In this document: piece after piece, positions 16,297-26,271 of the stretch | Layout of the letters: every line of letters starts with the position of its first letter | How positions within the stretch are numbered: position 1 is the stretch's first letter | Assembly (NCBI GenBank): GCA_903928175.1 | Contig: CAIYQA010000444.1 | Span: 1 to 44,203 of the forward strand | Length of the DNA stretch: 44,203 nucleotides | Source of the DNA: an uncultured Spartobacteria bacterium | GTDB lineage: Bacteria; Verrucomicrobiota; Verrucomicrobiia; Chthoniobacterales; Chthoniobacteraceae | Direction of reading: 5' to 3' | Translations under genes and position numbers: made by a program | Notes under the pieces: model-generated | What the model was told of the DNA's origin: nothing | The model's input: the letters and a program-made list of their open reading frames with translations, nothing else | Database searches by the model: none

Positions 16297-18042
16297 TTTC
16301 CGCTTCGCCGCGAGCACGGCTTCGATTTTCCCGAGCGGGAGGGTGTTCACCACGTCGGCGCGGGTCAGCCAGCCTTTGCGGGCCGCCTGCACGCCAAACC
16401 AGAGGTGCTTGAAGCCGTCGATGCTGTGCGCGTCGGGATTGATGACGCAGCGCACCCCCTTCTCTTTGGCGAGCGGCCACCAGCGCCAGTCCATGTCGAG
16501 CCGCTGCGGATTGCCGTTCAACTCAATGAGCGTCCCGGTCTGCGCTGCCGCCTCGATGACGGCGGGGATGTCGAGCGCATACGGTTTGCGCGTGAGCAGA
16601 AGGCGGCCCGTCATGTGTCCCAGCATGGTGACGTGGGGATTTGAGATTGCCTTGACGATGCGCCGCGTCATCTCCGCCTCGGGCAGGTTGAACACGGAAT
16701 GGACGCTCGCGACCACGTAGTCGAGCCGGGAGAGGATTTCGTCGGAAAAATCGAGCGCCCCGTCCTTGAGGATGTCGCATTCGACCCCGGCGAAAAGGCG
16801 AAAACCGTCGTCATACGTGGCGTTGAGCTGCTGGATGGCTTCGATCTGCGCCAGCAGGCGCGCCTCATCAAGGCCGTGCGCCTGGTAGGAACTCTTGGAA
16901 TGGTCGGCGATGCCGAGGTATTGCAGGCCGAGCGCGTGCGCGGCGCGGGCCATCTCCTCCAGCGCGTTGCGCCCGTCGCTGGCCGTGGTATGGCAATGGA
17001 AGGTGCCGCGCAGGTTCTCCAGAGAGATCAAATCAGGCAGCGTGTGCGCCTCGGCGGCGGCGAATTCGCCCAGGTTTTCGCGGAGTTCCGGCGGGACCCA
17101 GTCGAGCCCGAGCGCCCGGTAGAGATCGCGTTCCTCCACGATCTCGGGGATCGGCTCCGGCGTGACGCGCCCCTCTTCCACGGGAGAAAGCCGGTATTCG
17201 TTGAGGGACCAACCGTGCTGGAGCGCCCGCCCGCGCAGGACGATGTTGTGCTCTTTGCTGCCGGTGAAGTAGTTCAAGGCGAAGGGATATTGCGCGTTGC
17301 TCACCACGCGCAGATCGGCCTGCACGCCGTCCCGCAGCCGCACGCTGGATTTGGTGGGCCCGCTGGCGATGACGCTTTTCACCAGCGGATGCTGGGTGAA
17401 AAACCCGGTGATGTTCTCCGGGCGCATCGAGGCGACCACGAAATCGAGATCGTGCACGACCTCCTTGCGCCGCCGGTAGCTGCCGCCGATGGCTAGTTGG
17501 GAGACATCCGGGTGGCTACGCAGATCGTCATAAAGCGCCTCCGCCGCGTCCGCCACATCGCCGAGCAGGAAATTGCCGGCCACGCTTTTGCGTTGCTCGA
17601 TGGATTGCAAAATATTGCATGCGGTTTTCGCTCCAAATCCGCCCAAGGCCGCCACGCGTCCGTCTTTGCAGGCAGCCTCCAATTCCTCGAGCGTGGTGAT
17701 CCCAAGCTTGTCATACAGGGCGCGGATTTTTTTCGGTCCCACCCCCATCAGCTCGAACATTTCGAAAACCCCCGGCGGGAACTCCGCCTTCAACTCTTCG
17801 TAATAGGGAAGATGGCCCGTCTGGACGAGCGTGGCGATTTTTTCGGCAATCGCAGCCCCGATCCCGGGGATTTCCGTGAGCCGCTCTTCTTTTGCGGCGA
17901 CTTCGAGATTTCCCGAGTAGGTCTCGACCGCACGCGCGGCATTTTGATAGGCGCGAATCTTGAAAGGGTTCTCGCCCTTCAATTCCAAAAGTTGCGTGAT
18001 CGCCTCCAGAATCGCGGCCACCTGGTCCTTCGTCATGCTCAT
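16294..18042 (-). CDS. polX: Family X DNA polymerase with C-terminal PHP domain (PolX)
   Basis: 582 aa. HhH N-terminus (ENPFKIRAYQNAARAVE, GIGAAIAEKI), nucleotidyltransferase block (RRRKEVVHDLDFVVAS), and PHP metal-binding motif (TFHCHTTASDGRN ... GIADHSKS). Confidence 0.9.
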   Translation of the reverse strand: MSMTKDQVAAILEAITQLLELKGENPFKIRAYQNAARAVETYSGNLEVAAKEERLTEIPGIGAAIAEKIATLVQTGHLPYYEELKAEFPPGVFEMFELMGVGPKKIRALYDKLGITTLEELEAACKDGRVAALGGFGAKTACNILQSIEQRKSVAGNFLLGDVADAAEALYDDLRSHPDVSQLAIGGSYRRRKEVVHDLDFVVASMRPENITGFFTQHPLVKSVIASGPTKSSVRLRDGVQADLRVVSNAQYPFALNYFTGSKEHNIVLRGRALQHGWSLNEYRLSPVEEGRVTPEPIPEIVEERDLYRALGLDWVPPELRENLGEFAAAEAHTLPDLISLENLRGTFHCHTTASDGRNALEEMARAAHALGLQYLGIADHSKSSYQAHGLDEARLLAQIEAIQQLNATYDDGFRLFAGVECDILKDGALDFSDEILSRLDYVVASVHSVFNLPEAEMTRRIVKAISNPHVTMLGHMTGRLLLTRKPYALDIPAVIEAAAQTGTLIELNGNPQRLDMDWRWWPLAKEKGVRCVINPDAHSIDGFKHLWFGVQAARKGWLTRADVVNTLPLGKIEAVLAAKRK

Positions 18043-18105
18043 GAACGAAACGTAATCACTCGCAGGGCGGGGTGCAAGCCGGGTGTGGTGTGGCCCGGGC
18101 TGAGA

Positions 18106-19830
18106 TCAGTCCGTCTCGGCGAGCAACTCGTCGGACTGGGTGACGCGGACGACCTCCTCCACGGTGGTCTGGCCGCGCAGCACGCGCCGCCAGCCGTCCT
18201 GGCGCAAGGTTTCCATGCCGTCCTGTGTCGCGCGGGCTTTGAGTTGTGCGCCGGTGGCTTTCTGGATGATCAGGCTGCGCAACCCCTGCCCCACGGCGCA
18301 AAATTCGTAAATGGCGGTGCGCCCCCGGTAGCCGGTCTGGCGGCAGCTCTCGCACCCTTTGCCGTGCCGGAATTTTTGCCCGGGCGGGATGGGGCAGCCG
18401 ATTTCGCGGAGGTAATCCTCCGGGTACTCGATCCACTCGGCGCAATCCGGACAAACCGTGCGCACGAGGCGCTGGGCCACAAATGCGCGCACGACCGAGG
18501 CGACGAGGAACGGCTCGATTTCCATGTCCAGGAGGCGGGTGATGCCGCCCACAGCGTCGTTGGTGTGGAGCGTGGAAAAGACCAGGTGGCCGGTCATGGC
18601 GGCGCGGATGGCGATTTCCGCCGTCTCCACATCGCGGATTTCGCCGACCATCACGACGTTGGGGTCCTGGCGCAAAATGGCGCGCAGTCCATTGGCAAAA
18701 GTCAGGCCGATCTCGGGTTTGACGTCGATCTGCGAGACGCCGGGCAGCCGGTATTCGACCGGCTCCTCGATGGTGACGATGCGGCGTTCGACCGAGTTGA
18801 TGGACGAGAGAAACGAGTAGAGCGAGGTGGATTTGCCGGAACCGGTCGGCCCGGTGACAAGAATGATGCCGTTGGGTTCGCGCAGCAGTCGGCGGACGAG
18901 ATCGGCTTGCTCTTGACTCAAGTCGAGCCGCTCGAAGCCGAAGCTGCGGGTCTCGTCACGGTTGAGCAAGCGCAGGGAGATGCTTTCGCCGGTGACGGTG
19001 GGGATGGTGGAAACGCGCACGTCAATGGCGGTCCCGGTGTGTTGCAGGTTGATGCGGCCGTCCTGCGGAAGGCGTTTTTCGGCGATATCCATGTGGGCCA
19101 TCACTTTGAGGCGCGAGATGATGGCGCTTTGCAAAACGCGCAACTGTGGCGGCACGGCGACTTCATGCAGGATGCCGTCGATGCGGTAGCGGATGCGCAG
19201 ATCGTTCTCCAGCGGCTCCACGTGGATGTCGGTGGCCCGCTCGTAGAGGGCTTCGCGGATGATCTGGTTGACGAATTTGACCACCGAGGCCTCCGGGTCG
19301 TCGGCATCGGCGTTCAGGTCAGTGGCTGCGCCTTCCTGATCGGCCAAATCCAGGGAACGGGTGTTTTGAAGCAGTTCCTCGAAGGTTTCCGCCCCGACGC
19401 CGTACACGGCCTTGATGGTGCGCAGAAGCTGGGTGCGCGGCACGAGCACCCATTCGATTTTTTTGCCATTGGCAAGCTGCGCGGCAAGTTGCCGGGCCAT
19501 GCCGTTGAAAGCGTCGTAGGTGGCCAGGCGCAAGCTTTCCTCGCTTACGGCGAGAGGGAGGATGTGGTGCTTGAAGACGAACCGACTGGGCAACGCGGAA
19601 AGCGCGGCGCGGTCGAACCGCGAAATATTGAGCGTCTCCACCGGGGTGTTGAAGAGCAGGCCGAGTTGCTCGGTAAAGCGGATTTCATCGACCTGGCCTG
19701 AATTGAGGACTTCGTTGGTCCACGACGCACCGGGAGTGCGCAAGGAGGCGAGAGCCTTGGCGGTTTCAAGGTCTTCCAGGCCGCTTTCGAGCAGCACATC
19801 CAGGAGCGACTTGCGTTGCATGTTTTTCAT
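18106..19830 (-). CDS. gspE: GspE/PilB-family secretion ATPase (type II secretion / type IV pilus assembly)
   Basis: 574 aa. T2SSE N-terminal domain, Walker A VTGPTGSGKSTSLY, EEPVEY and MVGEIRD boxes, and a tetracysteine CPDC...CESC cluster. Confidence 0.9.
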   Translation of the reverse strand: MKNMQRKSLLDVLLESGLEDLETAKALASLRTPGASWTNEVLNSGQVDEIRFTEQLGLLFNTPVETLNISRFDRAALSALPSRFVFKHHILPLAVSEESLRLATYDAFNGMARQLAAQLANGKKIEWVLVPRTQLLRTIKAVYGVGAETFEELLQNTRSLDLADQEGAATDLNADADDPEASVVKFVNQIIREALYERATDIHVEPLENDLRIRYRIDGILHEVAVPPQLRVLQSAIISRLKVMAHMDIAEKRLPQDGRINLQHTGTAIDVRVSTIPTVTGESISLRLLNRDETRSFGFERLDLSQEQADLVRRLLREPNGIILVTGPTGSGKSTSLYSFLSSINSVERRIVTIEEPVEYRLPGVSQIDVKPEIGLTFANGLRAILRQDPNVVMVGEIRDVETAEIAIRAAMTGHLVFSTLHTNDAVGGITRLLDMEIEPFLVASVVRAFVAQRLVRTVCPDCAEWIEYPEDYLREIGCPIPPGQKFRHGKGCESCRQTGYRGRTAIYEFCAVGQGLRSLIIQKATGAQLKARATQDGMETLRQDGWRRVLRGQTTVEEVVRVTQSDELLAETD

Positions 19831-19851
19831 TCGCCGAACCGTTACCCCGTT

Positions 19852-22278
19852 CTATTCCTCGGGGCGCAAAAAGGCTTTGGGGAAGGCGAACCCGTGCGGA
19901 GCTTTGGGGTCCTCTTTTTTCACGCGGGCCTGCGGCGGGTCAATGGAGTTTTCAAGATCCGGGGGAAAATTGGTTTTTTCCAATGCTTTTTCTCCGGCCT
20001 TGATCGCCTCCACGGGGCCGCCCGTGACGGTGGGCCGGATCAGGACGATCAGTTCGGTGCGCTGGAGGGTCCGCTGGGTGGTGCCGAAGAGCGGCCCAAT
20101 GAGGGGGATGCGGTGCAACACCGGGATGCCGGATTTGGTGGTCTGCTTTTGCTCACTGACCAACCCGCCAAGCACAATGGTGGCTTCGTTGGCGACGGAG
20201 ACGGTGGTGTCAATGGAGCGCGTGGTGACGGTGGGGATGTCGTTGCCGCTGATGTTGGTGGAGCCGCTGATGTTGTTGGCTTCCTGGGTGATCTTCAAGG
20301 TGACTTCCCCCTCGGAGTTGATGAGCGGCAGGACGGAAAGTTTCAAGAGCACATCGATATATTCGATGTTGGTATTGCTCACCAGGCCATTGCCGGTGGT
20401 GCCGTAGCCATAGCTGCTGTTGATGGTGCCGGGAACCGCAACGGATTCGCCCGAGCTGATCACTGCCGGCCGGTTATTGCTGGTAAAGATCATGGGCCGC
20501 GAGGTGACGCGGAAGCGGCCCGTGGATTCGAGGGCGTGAACGATGACGTCAAACGAATGGCTCACGCCGACCAAACCGGTTAAGCCGGTGGTCCCCGGAA
20601 GGCTTGCCACGGAGATAATGTTGGCAAGGCTCACGCTGTTGGTGCCGAGCCCCGGAACGGCTACAGGGAGTCCGGCAGCGCCGGTCCCGGTCCCCGAGAG
20701 GACGGTGGAACCCGAGGCGGCCAGCACCCTGGCAAGATTTCCCTGGTTGAAGAGGTAATCCAAGCCGAATTCCTCGTCGTTGTTGAGGGTCAGTTCGCCA
20801 ATGACAGCCGTGAGCAGGACTTGCGGCGCGCGCACGTCGATTTGATCGAGCAGCTTGAATACTTTTTGCTTCATCTCGTCATTGCCCACGACGATGATGG
20901 CGTTGATCCGGTTGTCGGCGATGATTTTGGTGTTGCGGACGATCCGCCCTTCCGGTGCGGTATCTGTCTGCTGGGTGGTGTTCCCCGACCCGAAAGCGCC
21001 GGGGCTGATGCCGCTGGAGCCACCGCGCGTGCCGCTGGACCCTCTCCGGGAACTCTCGTTTCCGCTGAGGTTCCCCGTGCTGTTGCCGACGGGGTTGGCC
21101 GCGCCGGCGGCGCGCCCGGTATCGAGTTTTTCCACTTTCACGCCCGGCTCTGCGATGGAACCGGCGACGATATCCAGGACGTCTCCCGCCAGAACGAAGC
21201 GCAGCGGGCGCGTGGTCGGTTCCCCCAGCGGCAGGCTGGTGTCAAGCTCGGCGATCAGGCTGCGAAGGAAGGGGAGATTGACCGGACGGGTGACCACATG
21301 GATGCGGTTGGTGCGCAGGTCGGCTTCGATCTTGATTTTTCCCGCGATGAGGGAGTCTTCGGAAAGGGTCACCACTCCACTGGACGCGGCGTTGGGCGGC
21401 GTGCCGGGAGGGCCCGGCACGATACCGCCCGCGCTGGGGGTTTTCTCGAACATTTTGGTAAGGCGCTCGACGACCTCTTTTGCATCGGCCCGCTGCAACT
21501 GGAAAAACTCGCTGACGACCTCCGCCGGTTTGGTATCGAGCCGGGCGACGATCTGCGCGATATTGCGAATGACATCCGAATATTCAGTCACCAGGACCGC
21601 CTGGGATTTCGGCAGCGCGATGATGCTCGTGATGGACGGGGTGGGCGAGACGATCTGGGTGAGCGTTTGCTGGACCTCCACAGGGTCGGCGTATTCGAGT
21701 TTGAAAAGAAAGGAGACCACCTGGTTGCTTTCCGGCAACTGGCTCAGTTCGGAGAGGATGGGGATATTAAATTGGCGGGCGTTTTTGGAGGTATTGATGA
21801 CTTTGACGATGTCGCCCGGGCCGGAGATCAGCGTAAAATTATTGAGGGAAAAAACCGTCTCCAAAATGCGGATGGCCTCCAGCCGGGAAACCGGCTTGGT
21901 GACGCGCACAGTGATTTTCCCCTGCACGGTGCTGTCGTACAGGGCTTTTTTCCCGGTGAGTTGCTCGTAGAGCGGGAGCACCTGGGTGATGTCGGTGTTG
22001 GGGAAATCAATGGATTGAACCATCTCGTCCCCGGAGGCCGGGGACGCCGTGCGGCCTGCCGGAACGGCGGCGGACGGGAACGCGCGGCTCGTGGGAAACG
22101 GAGTGGGCTGGAAGGTCGATCCCGCGTTGGGCGAACGCAACGGTCGGGAAGGAAGGCCCGCATCCGGGGTCGGACCCGGTACCTGCGCCAGGAGAGCGCT
22201 GGAAAAAACCGCCAGGGTGGCCAGCAAAACGGAGCGAATGGGCAAATGCACGAGCCTATTTAAAAGCGCCCGCCCCAT
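19852..22278 (-). CDS. gspD: Outer-membrane secretin (GspD/PilQ family)
   Basis: 808 aa. Signal peptide, N0-like domain (IDFPNTDITQVLPLYEQLTGKKALYDSTVQGKITV), Gly/Ser-rich linker, and a C-terminal secretin domain ending in GIPVLHRIPLIGPLFG. It stops 21 nt before the gspE start. Confidence 0.88.
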   Translation of the reverse strand: MGRALLNRLVHLPIRSVLLATLAVFSSALLAQVPGPTPDAGLPSRPLRSPNAGSTFQPTPFPTSRAFPSAAVPAGRTASPASGDEMVQSIDFPNTDITQVLPLYEQLTGKKALYDSTVQGKITVRVTKPVSRLEAIRILETVFSLNNFTLISGPGDIVKVINTSKNARQFNIPILSELSQLPESNQVVSFLFKLEYADPVEVQQTLTQIVSPTPSITSIIALPKSQAVLVTEYSDVIRNIAQIVARLDTKPAEVVSEFFQLQRADAKEVVERLTKMFEKTPSAGGIVPGPPGTPPNAASSGVVTLSEDSLIAGKIKIEADLRTNRIHVVTRPVNLPFLRSLIAELDTSLPLGEPTTRPLRFVLAGDVLDIVAGSIAEPGVKVEKLDTGRAAGAANPVGNSTGNLSGNESSRRGSSGTRGGSSGISPGAFGSGNTTQQTDTAPEGRIVRNTKIIADNRINAIIVVGNDEMKQKVFKLLDQIDVRAPQVLLTAVIGELTLNNDEEFGLDYLFNQGNLARVLAASGSTVLSGTGTGAAGLPVAVPGLGTNSVSLANIISVASLPGTTGLTGLVGVSHSFDVIVHALESTGRFRVTSRPMIFTSNNRPAVISSGESVAVPGTINSSYGYGTTGNGLVSNTNIEYIDVLLKLSVLPLINSEGEVTLKITQEANNISGSTNISGNDIPTVTTRSIDTTVSVANEATIVLGGLVSEQKQTTKSGIPVLHRIPLIGPLFGTTQRTLQRTELIVLIRPTVTGGPVEAIKAGEKALEKTNFPPDLENSIDPPQARVKKEDPKAPHGFAFPKAFLRPEE

Positions 22279-22347
22279 CTGTAAAGGGAGGTTTTGCGAT
22301 TTTTCCTCGGGATTTCCCGCGAGGCCCTGCCCCGCAGGGCGGATTGC

Positions 22348-22527
22348 CTAGCAAATATGGGCGCGTACTTTGTGCCCTTCGCTCTGGAACCGGACGCGGC
22401 CCGTTTCGATCAAATCTGCGACGGCGACGATGGTTTCGCTTTTGCTGCGGCTGCAACTGCTCACCAATTGGATGAGCTCGCCCAGGTTGTGAACCGCCCT
22501 CTGGATTTTGCGTGGGATTTTTTTCAT
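22348..22527 (-). CDS. Hypothetical small protein (59 aa)
   Basis: Internal ATG of track ORF 22348..22632: MKKIPRKIQRAVHNLGELIQLVSSCSRSKSETIVAVADLIETGRVRFQSEGHKVRAHIC. Same strand as the secretin and 69 nt upstream of it. No recognisable motif, and coding status is uncertain. Confidence 0.35.
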   Translation of the reverse strand: MKKIPRKIQRAVHNLGELIQLVSSCSRSKSETIVAVADLIETGRVRFQSEGHKVRAHIC

Positions 22528-22665
22528 ATGCTGGTTGGTTCTGTGTGAATAGAAAGCATGCGCCGTGCCTACGCTGTAATAGACCGTTGCGGGCCGGGCA
22601 CGTTCATTCCCGTGTAATAAAATACGACACAAAGCGCTGGAATTTGGACATTCCTGGGATGCAGT

Positions 22666-25242
22666 TCAGCCTTTTTTGAAATTCAAACGCCCCCCGCTGG
22701 CGTCCACATGGATGGTGTCACCGTCCTTGAACCGGCCTTCCAGCAGTTCCAGGCTCAATGGATCGAGCAGGGAGCGCTGGATGGCCCGTTTGAGCGGACG
22801 CGCGCCGTACACCGGATCGTACCCTTCCTGGGCGAGGAATTCCTCGGCTTCCCCGGTGACGTTGAGGACGATATTGCGCTCCGTGAGCCGGGCGGCGACA
22901 CGGGCGATCTGGATTGCGACGATCTGCTTCAAGTCGTCGTCGCTGAGCCGGTCGAACATCACGATTTCGTCCACGCGGTTGAGGAACTCCGGCCGGAAAT
23001 GGCCGCGCAAGGCATCCAGGACGGCGGCTTCGCGCTGTTCGGGGTTCTCGTCTTCGAGCAGGTACTGGCTGCCGATGTTGGATGTCATGATGAGGACCGT
23101 GTTTTTGAAATCGACCGTGCGCCCCTGGCCGTCGGTAATGCGGCCGTCGTCGAGCACCTGGAGCAGGACGTTAAAGACGTCGTGATGAGCCTTCTCGATT
23201 TCGTCGAAGAGGACGACGGAATACGGTTTGCGCCGGACGGCTTCGGAGAGCTGCCCGCCTTCCTCGTAGCCGACGTAGCCGGGAGGCGCGCCGATCAAGC
23301 GGGCAACGGTGTGTTTCTCCATGTATTCGCTCATGTCGATGCGCACCATGTTGTTTTCGTCGTCGAAGAGGAACTCGGCGAGCGCGCGGGCCAGCTCGGT
23401 TTTGCCGACGCCGGTGGGGCCAAGGAAGATGAACGAGCCGATGGGACGGCGGGGATCGCCCAGGCCGCTGCGGGCGCGCCGGACGGCATTTGAGACGGCG
23501 CTGATGGCCTTGCGCTGACCGATGACGCGCTGCCCGAGCCGCGCTTCCATGTGAACGAGTTTTTCGCGTTCGCCTTCCTGCAAGCGGGAGACCGGGATGC
23601 CGGTCCAGCTTGAGACGACCTCGGCGATGTCTTCCTCTGTGACTTCCTCCTTGAGCATCTGGCGGCCGTCGCCCTGCATGGTGCCGAGCTTGGCTTTGTG
23701 TTCCTCCAGTTCGCGGGTCAGCTTGGGAATGCGGTCATACTTGAGCTCGCTGGCTTTCGTGAGGTCGCCCCGACGCTCCAACTGTTCCAGTTCGGTGCGC
23801 AGCGCGTCGATCTGTTCCTGGAGTTTGCGCGATTTGTCGATCTCTCCTTTTTCGCTCTGCCACTGGGCTTTCATGCGGGCGCTTTGTTCGCGCAGGTCGG
23901 CGAGTTCCTTTTCAATTTTGGCGAGTCGTTCGCGGCTGGCTTCGTCCTTCTCTTTTTTGAGCGCCTGCCGCTCCATTTCGAGCTGCATGATCTGCCGCTC
24001 GATCTGGTCGATCTCGGTGGGCATGGAGTCGAGTTCGATCTTCAATCGCGAGGCCGCTTCGTCCATCAAATCGACGGCTTTATCCGGGAGAAACCGGTCG
24101 CTGATGTAGCGGTGGGAAAGCGTGGCGGCGGCGACAAGCGCGGCGTCCTGGATGCGCACGCCGTGGTGGACTTCGTAGCGTTCCTTGAGCCCGCGCAGGA
24201 TGGCGATGGTGTCGGGTACGCTTGGCTCATCGACTTGAACCGGCTGGAAGCGGCGTTCGAGCGCGGCGTCTTTTTCGATATGCTTGCGGTATTCGTCGAG
24301 GGTGGTCGCGCCGATGGTGCGCAGCTCGCCGCGCGCGAGTTGGGGCTTGAGCATGTTGGAGGCGTCCACGGCCCCTTCCGCCGCGCCCGCGCCGACGATG
24401 GTGTGCAGTTCGTCGATGAAGAGGATGACTTCGCCCTGGGAGTCGGTGACTTCTTTGAGGAAGGCTTTGAGCCGGTCCTCGAATTCGCCCCGGAACTTGG
24501 CCCCGGCGAGCATGGAGCCGATGTCGAGCGCGACGATCCGCTTGTTTTTGAGCGATTCGGGCACGTCGCCGCTGACGACCCGGCGGGCGAGCCCTTCGAC
24601 GATGGCGGTCTTGCCGACGCCGGGTTCACCGATCAAGACCGGGTTGTTCTTGGTGCGCCGGGAGAGGACTTGCATCACGCGGCGGATCTCGTTGTCGCGC
24701 CCGATGACGGGGTCGATCTTGCCCCGGCGCGCCATCTCGGTGAGGTCGCGCCCGTATTTTTCAAGGGATTGGTTTTTGGCCTCGGGGTTTTGATCCGTTA
24801 CGCGCTGGGAGCCGCGCACCTGCTGGAGCGCCTGCATGAGGCGGTCCTTGGTGACGCCCGCTTCCTTGAGGAACCGGCCTGCGGTGGTTTTGCCATCGAC
24901 GAGGGCCAGCAGGAAATGTTCGGCGCTCAGGAATTCATCCTTCATGCGGGCCATCTCCTTTTCAGCGGCTTCGAGGGTGGTTCGCAATTCGATCCCTATA
25001 AAAACTTGCACCGTGCCCTGGACGCGCGGACGGCGGGCAATTTCAGTTTTGAGCTTTTCCTGGAGAGGGGCTACCGCGATGCCCATTTTGTCCAGCAGCG
25101 GGCGGGTAACCCCCTCGGGTTGGTCAACCAGGGTGAGCAGCACGCCCTCGGCGTCGAGTTCTGAGATTCCGAGGTTGGCCGCCGTCTCCTGAGCTGAGGC
25201 GAGCGCCTCCTGCATTTTGGCCGTCAGTTTGTCCAGTCGCAT
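22666..25242 (-). CDS. clpB: ATP-dependent chaperone ClpB
   Basis: 858 aa. Clp N-domain, two AAA+ modules ([15 protein letters not shown] and [15 protein letters not shown]), and the long coiled-coil middle domain characteristic of ClpB. Confidence 0.96.
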   Translation of the reverse strand: MRLDKLTAKMQEALASAQETAANLGISELDAEGVLLTLVDQPEGVTRPLLDKMGIAVAPLQEKLKTEIARRPRVQGTVQVFIGIELRTTLEAAEKEMARMKDEFLSAEHFLLALVDGKTTAGRFLKEAGVTKDRLMQALQQVRGSQRVTDQNPEAKNQSLEKYGRDLTEMARRGKIDPVIGRDNEIRRVMQVLSRRTKNNPVLIGEPGVGKTAIVEGLARRVVSGDVPESLKNKRIVALDIGSMLAGAKFRGEFEDRLKAFLKEVTDSQGEVILFIDELHTIVGAGAAEGAVDASNMLKPQLARGELRTIGATTLDEYRKHIEKDAALERRFQPVQVDEPSVPDTIAILRGLKERYEVHHGVRIQDAALVAAATLSHRYISDRFLPDKAVDLMDEAASRLKIELDSMPTEIDQIERQIMQLEMERQALKKEKDEASRERLAKIEKELADLREQSARMKAQWQSEKGEIDKSRKLQEQIDALRTELEQLERRGDLTKASELKYDRIPKLTRELEEHKAKLGTMQGDGRQMLKEEVTEEDIAEVVSSWTGIPVSRLQEGEREKLVHMEARLGQRVIGQRKAISAVSNAVRRARSGLGDPRRPIGSFIFLGPTGVGKTELARALAEFLFDDENNMVRIDMSEYMEKHTVARLIGAPPGYVGYEEGGQLSEAVRRKPYSVVLFDEIEKAHHDVFNVLLQVLDDGRITDGQGRTVDFKNTVLIMTSNIGSQYLLEDENPEQREAAVLDALRGHFRPEFLNRVDEIVMFDRLSDDDLKQIVAIQIARVAARLTERNIVLNVTGEAEEFLAQEGYDPVYGARPLKRAIQRSLLDPLSLELLEGRFKDGDTIHVDASGGRLNFKKG

Positions 25243-25364
25243 AGGATTTTCCTTTCGCGTTCAATTTATCAAGGAAAGCGGCGGAGTGCAATGGGGTGAA
25301 ATAGGTATGCCTGGGTTCCTGCCTTTGGTTGCATTTGTCCGGGAAACCCGATACAATTGCGGGT

Positions 25365-25862
25365 ATGAAACGATTCCGTGCACCGTGGGGCCGCTGTCTG
25401 GTGTGGATGTCTTTGCTCAGTGTGGTGGTCTGCGCGGTGGCGGCGGTTTCGGTTTGGATGGTGCCGCATCACCCGGCCTCGCGAGCGATGCTTTTCCTGC
25501 TCCAAGAGGGAACTGCCGGATTGATTCTGGCGCTTCTTGTGGGAGCGGCGCTTTTTACCGTGCGCGGTTACACGGTCGCTCCGGATGTGATTCTCGTGCA
25601 CCGGCTCCTCTGGAACACGCCCCTGCCGCGCGAAGGGCTGCTTTCCGCCACAGTCCAAACGCAGGCGATGCAGGGCAGCCTCAAATTGTTTGGCAACGGC
25701 GGGATGTTTTCCTTCACCGGCTGGTTTTGGAGCAAGACCCTGGGCCGTTTCCGGGCCTATGCCACCAATTTGAATTGCACAGTGGTGCTCCGATGGGAAA
25801 AGCGGACGGCCGTGGTTTCGCCGGATAACGCGGAGGAGTTTGTGCGGGAGTTGATGGGGTAG
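25365..25862 (+). CDS. Membrane protein with C-terminal bacterial PH-like domain (tentative)
   Basis: Start at MKRFRAPWGR. Two TM helices, then FGNGGMFSFTGWFWSKTLGRFRAYATNLNCTVVLRWEKRTAVVSPDNAEEFVREL, which resembles bPH-type domains. Coding is likely; the family call is tentative. Confidence 0.5.
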   Translation: MKRFRAPWGRCLVWMSLLSVVVCAVAAVSVWMVPHHPASRAMLFLLQEGTAGLILALLVGAALFTVRGYTVAPDVILVHRLLWNTPLPREGLLSATVQTQAMQGSLKLFGNGGMFSFTGWFWSKTLGRFRAYATNLNCTVVLRWEKRTAVVSPDNAEEFVRELMG

Positions 25863-25878
25863 CCTTCTTGGGGTAGCC

Positions 25879-26035
25879 TTCTCATTAACACCGGGCTTCA
25901 GCCCGGTGAAAGCCTACACACACGGCACAAGCCGTTTTAACGGCTTATCTTGGAATGCTCCGGACCGGAAGCCGTTGAAACGGCTGGGTCTCCGCTATGT
26001 CGCAGCACCGGGCTGAAGCCCGGTGTTAATGAGAA
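25879..26035. mobile_element. 157-bp MITE-like element with perfect 30-bp terminal inverted repeats
   Basis: ttctcattaacaccgggcttcagcccggtg (25879-25908) is the exact reverse complement of caccgggctgaagcccggtgttaatgagaa (26006-26035). Internal sub-hairpins: aagccgttttaacggctt and gaagccgttgaaacggct. No coding capacity. Confidence 0.8.
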
Positions 26036-26102
26036 CACTCCCATGAGAACACTCCCATGAGAACACTCCCATGAGAACACTCCCTTTCCGTGAGAACACT
26101 CC
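26029..26102. repeat. 14-bp tandem repeat (atgagaacactccc), four perfect copies plus one degenerate copy
   Basis: Perfect copies at 26029-26042, 26043-26056, 26057-26070 and 26071-26084. A partial copy tgagaacactcc lies at 26091-26102. The first copy overlaps the right TIR of the MITE. Confidence 0.9.
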
Positions 26103-26271
26103 TTTCTTAATGGAACTGCTGCTGGCTTATATTTTGTAATACTTTCTCTCCCCCCCTTTGCGTTTTTTGCGGCTTTGCGTGAGACCTTCTTCCTTCCGGC
26201 CGCGCCGGAATTTCACGCGCCGCGCTCTCCCCGGGCGTGCGGTTTGCAAAAATCCCGCTCTACGGTGCGGG

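Noticed and set aside
17497-19701. 734-aa plus-strand ORF
   Set aside because: It is antisense to polX and gspE, which carry clear catalytic motifs. It has no recognisable domains and a GC-driven composition. The same reasoning applies to 14475..16028, 20821..22263, 23698..25164, 29035..30381, 37653..38750, 40997..41848 and 42578..43432.
25243-25364. Heat-shock control elements for clpB (sigma-32 promoter or CIRCE)
   Set aside because: The minus strand has CCCCATTG and a half-CIRCE-like TTGCACTC. There is no acceptable CTTGAA -35 at 13-17 nt and no second CIRCE half-site. The evidence is too weak to call.
26158-26271. N-terminal extension of the portal-like ORF
   Set aside because: It starts at a non-ATG codon inside the CGCAAA-type repeat and encodes Arg/Pro-rich sequence. 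The ATG at 26272 begins the structured part.
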